17,923 nt of DNA from a bacterium (GTDB lineage: Bacteria; Sysuimicrobiota; Sysuimicrobiia; Sysuimicrobiales; Humicultoraceae): the NCBI GenBank assembly GCA_041497675.1, contig JBGQGY010000082.1, positions 1-17,923 of the forward strand, written 5' to 3'. The position numbers were made by a program, and so were the translations under genes. Numbering within the stretch: the stretch's first letter is position 1; the number at the start of each line of letters is the position of its first letter. Below, one piece after another: positions 16,096-17,923 of this stretch. The notes under the pieces are model-generated. The model searched no databases. It saw only the letters and a program-made list of their open reading frames with translations, and was not told where the DNA came from.

Positions 16096-16108
16096 GCGGG
16101 CGGGCGGA

Positions 16109-16137
16109 GCCGGCGGGCCGTCTCAGACGCCGCCGGC
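16109..16137 (-). other. GC-rich intercistronic hairpin between the binding-protein gene and the first permease gene
   Basis: On the plus strand: GCCGGCGG-gc-CGTC-tca-GACG-CCGCCGGC, i.e. 8+4 bp of stem with a 2-nt bulge and no U-tract. Confidence 0.65.
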
Positions 16138-16145
16138 CTCGGCCA

Positions 16146-17669
16146 TCAGCGCTTCACCCACGTCGCGTCGTGCAGGAAGATTTTCTCAGCCGAGTGCGGC
16201 TTCCAATCCACCCGCTTGCTCACCCCGTAGAGGTCGTGCTGCTGCCAGAGGAAGATCCACGGCGCCTCCGTGTAGAGCATGACCTGAATGCGGTTCCAGG
16301 CGGCCTTGCGCTTCGCGCTGTCGACGACGGGCAAGATCTTGTTGATCTCGAGCGTCAGGTTCGACGTCCCAAACCCGCTATAGCTACGGTCGGGGCGGAA
16401 CAATTCGGCGATCGTGCCCTGCGCCTCCAGCGCCGGGCCCCAACCCAGATAGAACATCTCACCGGTGCGGCGGTTGATGATCTTGTCCAGATGCGTGCCC
16501 CATTCATTGACCTGCACCCTGACCTTGATCCCGATCCGTCCCAGATAAGATGCGATGGCCTCGGCGGCTTCCTTGTCGAGCGGGTAGCGGCCGGAGGGCG
16601 AGTCCATTATGAATTCCAGTTTGGAAGGATCGAAGCCGGCTTCCTTGATCAGTTGGACGGCCCGGTCGGGATTGTACGGGTACGGCTTGAGGTTCGCGTT
16701 GACGTCCTCGTTGATCGCCGAGAGCGCGCCGGGGATGCGCGTCGCGCGCCCCTTGTACAGGTTGGCCACAATCTCATCGACGTTGACCGCGTAGTTCAGC
16801 GCCTGGCGGACGCGACGATCCTGCAGCGGGCCGGACTTGAAGTTCACCAGGGCCACGTAGTTGATACGCGACGAGGGGATCCCCCGGACCTCGGCGCCCC
16901 CGCTGCGGTTCACCTGATCGACCGAGATCGGCGGCACGTCCTTCACGATGTCGGACTCCCCGGCCAGCAGCGACGCGAGCCGCGCGCTGAAGTCGGGGAT
17001 GAAGCGAAACTCGACGCGCTTGACCGCCGGTGGTTTGTTCCAGTAGGTAGGATTGGCTTCGAGCACGAACCGCTCGTCCCGGTCCCAGCGGACGAACTTG
17101 TACGGGCCGGCGCCGATCGGGGCTCGGTTGGCCGCGTCGTTCCCCACCTGGCGGATGTACTTCGCGTTGTGCACGGTGAAGTCGACCAGATAGTAGCGCA
17201 GCACCGGCGCAGGCTCTTTGGTGCGGATCCGCACGGTGAGCGGATCGACCGCGTCCACCGCGTCGACGAAGGCGAAGCGGGGCCGGTACGCCGATTGGTT
17301 CCGCGGGTCTAACAGCCATTCGATGGTGGATTTGACGTCGTCGGATGTGAATGGGTCGCCGTTGCTGAACTTCACGCCCGGCCGCAGCTTGATGACCCAG
17401 GTCAGCTCATCGGGCGTCTGCGGCAGCTCGGCGGCGAGCGAGGGCTTGATCCGCGGTGGGTCGCCGTCCCAGTAGTACAGCCGGTCGTAGATATTCATCT
17501 GCTGGACATTGGTCGTCCAATCGACGATGAGCATCGGGAGCAGGCTACGCGGTTCGGCGCCCAGCGCGACGACGAGCGGGCGTTCCTGCGCGTTCGTGAC
17601 CTCCGTTGACGCCATACCCAGCACGCCGAGCAGCAGCGCGAGAGCCAGGACGGCGCTGATCGTGCGCAT
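16146..17669 (-). CDS. ABC transporter substrate-binding protein, family 5 (DppA/OppA-like)
   Basis: Signal peptide without a lipobox Cys. LRPGVKFSNGDPFTSDDVK, PIGAGPYKF, DRRVRQALNYAVN, EAPWIFL. AGGAGG RBS. Confidence 0.96.
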   Translation of the reverse strand: MRTISAVLALALLLGVLGMASTEVTNAQERPLVVALGAEPRSLLPMLIVDWTTNVQQMNIYDRLYYWDGDPPRIKPSLAAELPQTPDELTWVIKLRPGVKFSNGDPFTSDDVKSTIEWLLDPRNQSAYRPRFAFVDAVDAVDPLTVRIRTKEPAPVLRYYLVDFTVHNAKYIRQVGNDAANRAPIGAGPYKFVRWDRDERFVLEANPTYWNKPPAVKRVEFRFIPDFSARLASLLAGESDIVKDVPPISVDQVNRSGGAEVRGIPSSRINYVALVNFKSGPLQDRRVRQALNYAVNVDEIVANLYKGRATRIPGALSAINEDVNANLKPYPYNPDRAVQLIKEAGFDPSKLEFIMDSPSGRYPLDKEAAEAIASYLGRIGIKVRVQVNEWGTHLDKIINRRTGEMFYLGWGPALEAQGTIAELFRPDRSYSGFGTSNLTLEINKILPVVDSAKRKAAWNRIQVMLYTEAPWIFLWQQHDLYGVSKRVDWKPHSAEKIFLHDATWVKR

Positions 17670-17783
17670 GGTTGATCCCTCCTGTGAATGCAGTGCAGAG
17701 GCTATTGGCGCCTGTTTGCCAGGAGTCCTGCGGCGGCGGCCCGGCGAGGAATCTTGCGGGCCGCGCCAGAAGTCGATAGGACG

Positions 17784-17923
17784 ATGCGGCTAATCGACCT
17801 GACCATCCCGTGGGGCGCCGAGATCGAGCCGGTGCCCAACAACCCTCGGATCTTCTACGTGCCGATCAACCACCACGAACTCCAAGGGTACTCCACAGCG
17901 TACGCGACCTTCAGCATCCACAC
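17784..17923 (+). CDS. Cyclase family (kynurenine formamidase KynB-like metal hydrolase) protein, 5' fragment
   Basis: Hand translation from ATG 17784 (AGGA just upstream): MRLIDLTIPWGAEIEPVPNNPRIFYVPINHHELQGYSTAYATFSIH(T). The IDLT start and final HT fit the lead-in to the HxGTHxD motif, which would lie beyond the window. Confidence 0.75.
   Translation, partial: MRLIDLTIPWGAEIEPVPNNPRIFYVPINHHELQGYSTAYATFSIH

Noticed and set aside
16170..17312. 380-aa plus-strand ORF
   Set aside because: Antisense shadow of the substrate-binding protein gene.
1..17923. CRISPR arrays, tRNA/rRNA genes, IS elements, integron attC sites
   Set aside because: Intergenic gaps are all under about 145 bp. I saw no periodic repeats, cloverleaf motifs, or transposase/integrase genes by eye.

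Overview
High-GC bacterial chromosomal window (roughly two-thirds G+C by spot counts), densely coding. I found no rRNA, tRNA, CRISPR array or recognisable IS/phage element. From left to right: (1) a divergent catabolic locus, with a partial penicillin-acylase-family Ntn hydrolase and a DUF3830 gene on the minus strand, and a DHDPS/KdgD-like aldolase-dehydratase, an Amidohydro_2 protein and an M19 dipeptidase on the plus strand; (2) a YddA/BclA/Rv1819c-type fused ABC transporter; (3) a MoxR - haloalkane-dehalogenase-like hydrolase - DUF58 - DUF4129 operon; (4) a divergent cupin / O-methyltransferase pair; (5) a Dpp/Opp-type ABC operon (binding protein plus two permeases, no ATPase) followed by an atypical M24 hydrolase and a lower-GC orphan with a PD-(D/E)xK-like motif; (6) the start of a cyclase-family gene. 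The two edge genes are absent from the ORF track and were translated by hand. The best leads are the hydrolase embedded in the MoxR operon, the orphan nuclease-like gene, the altered M24 metal site and the cytoplasmic acylase with an HTH-like N-terminus. All family calls come from motif recognition, not database searches, so novelty is unverified.
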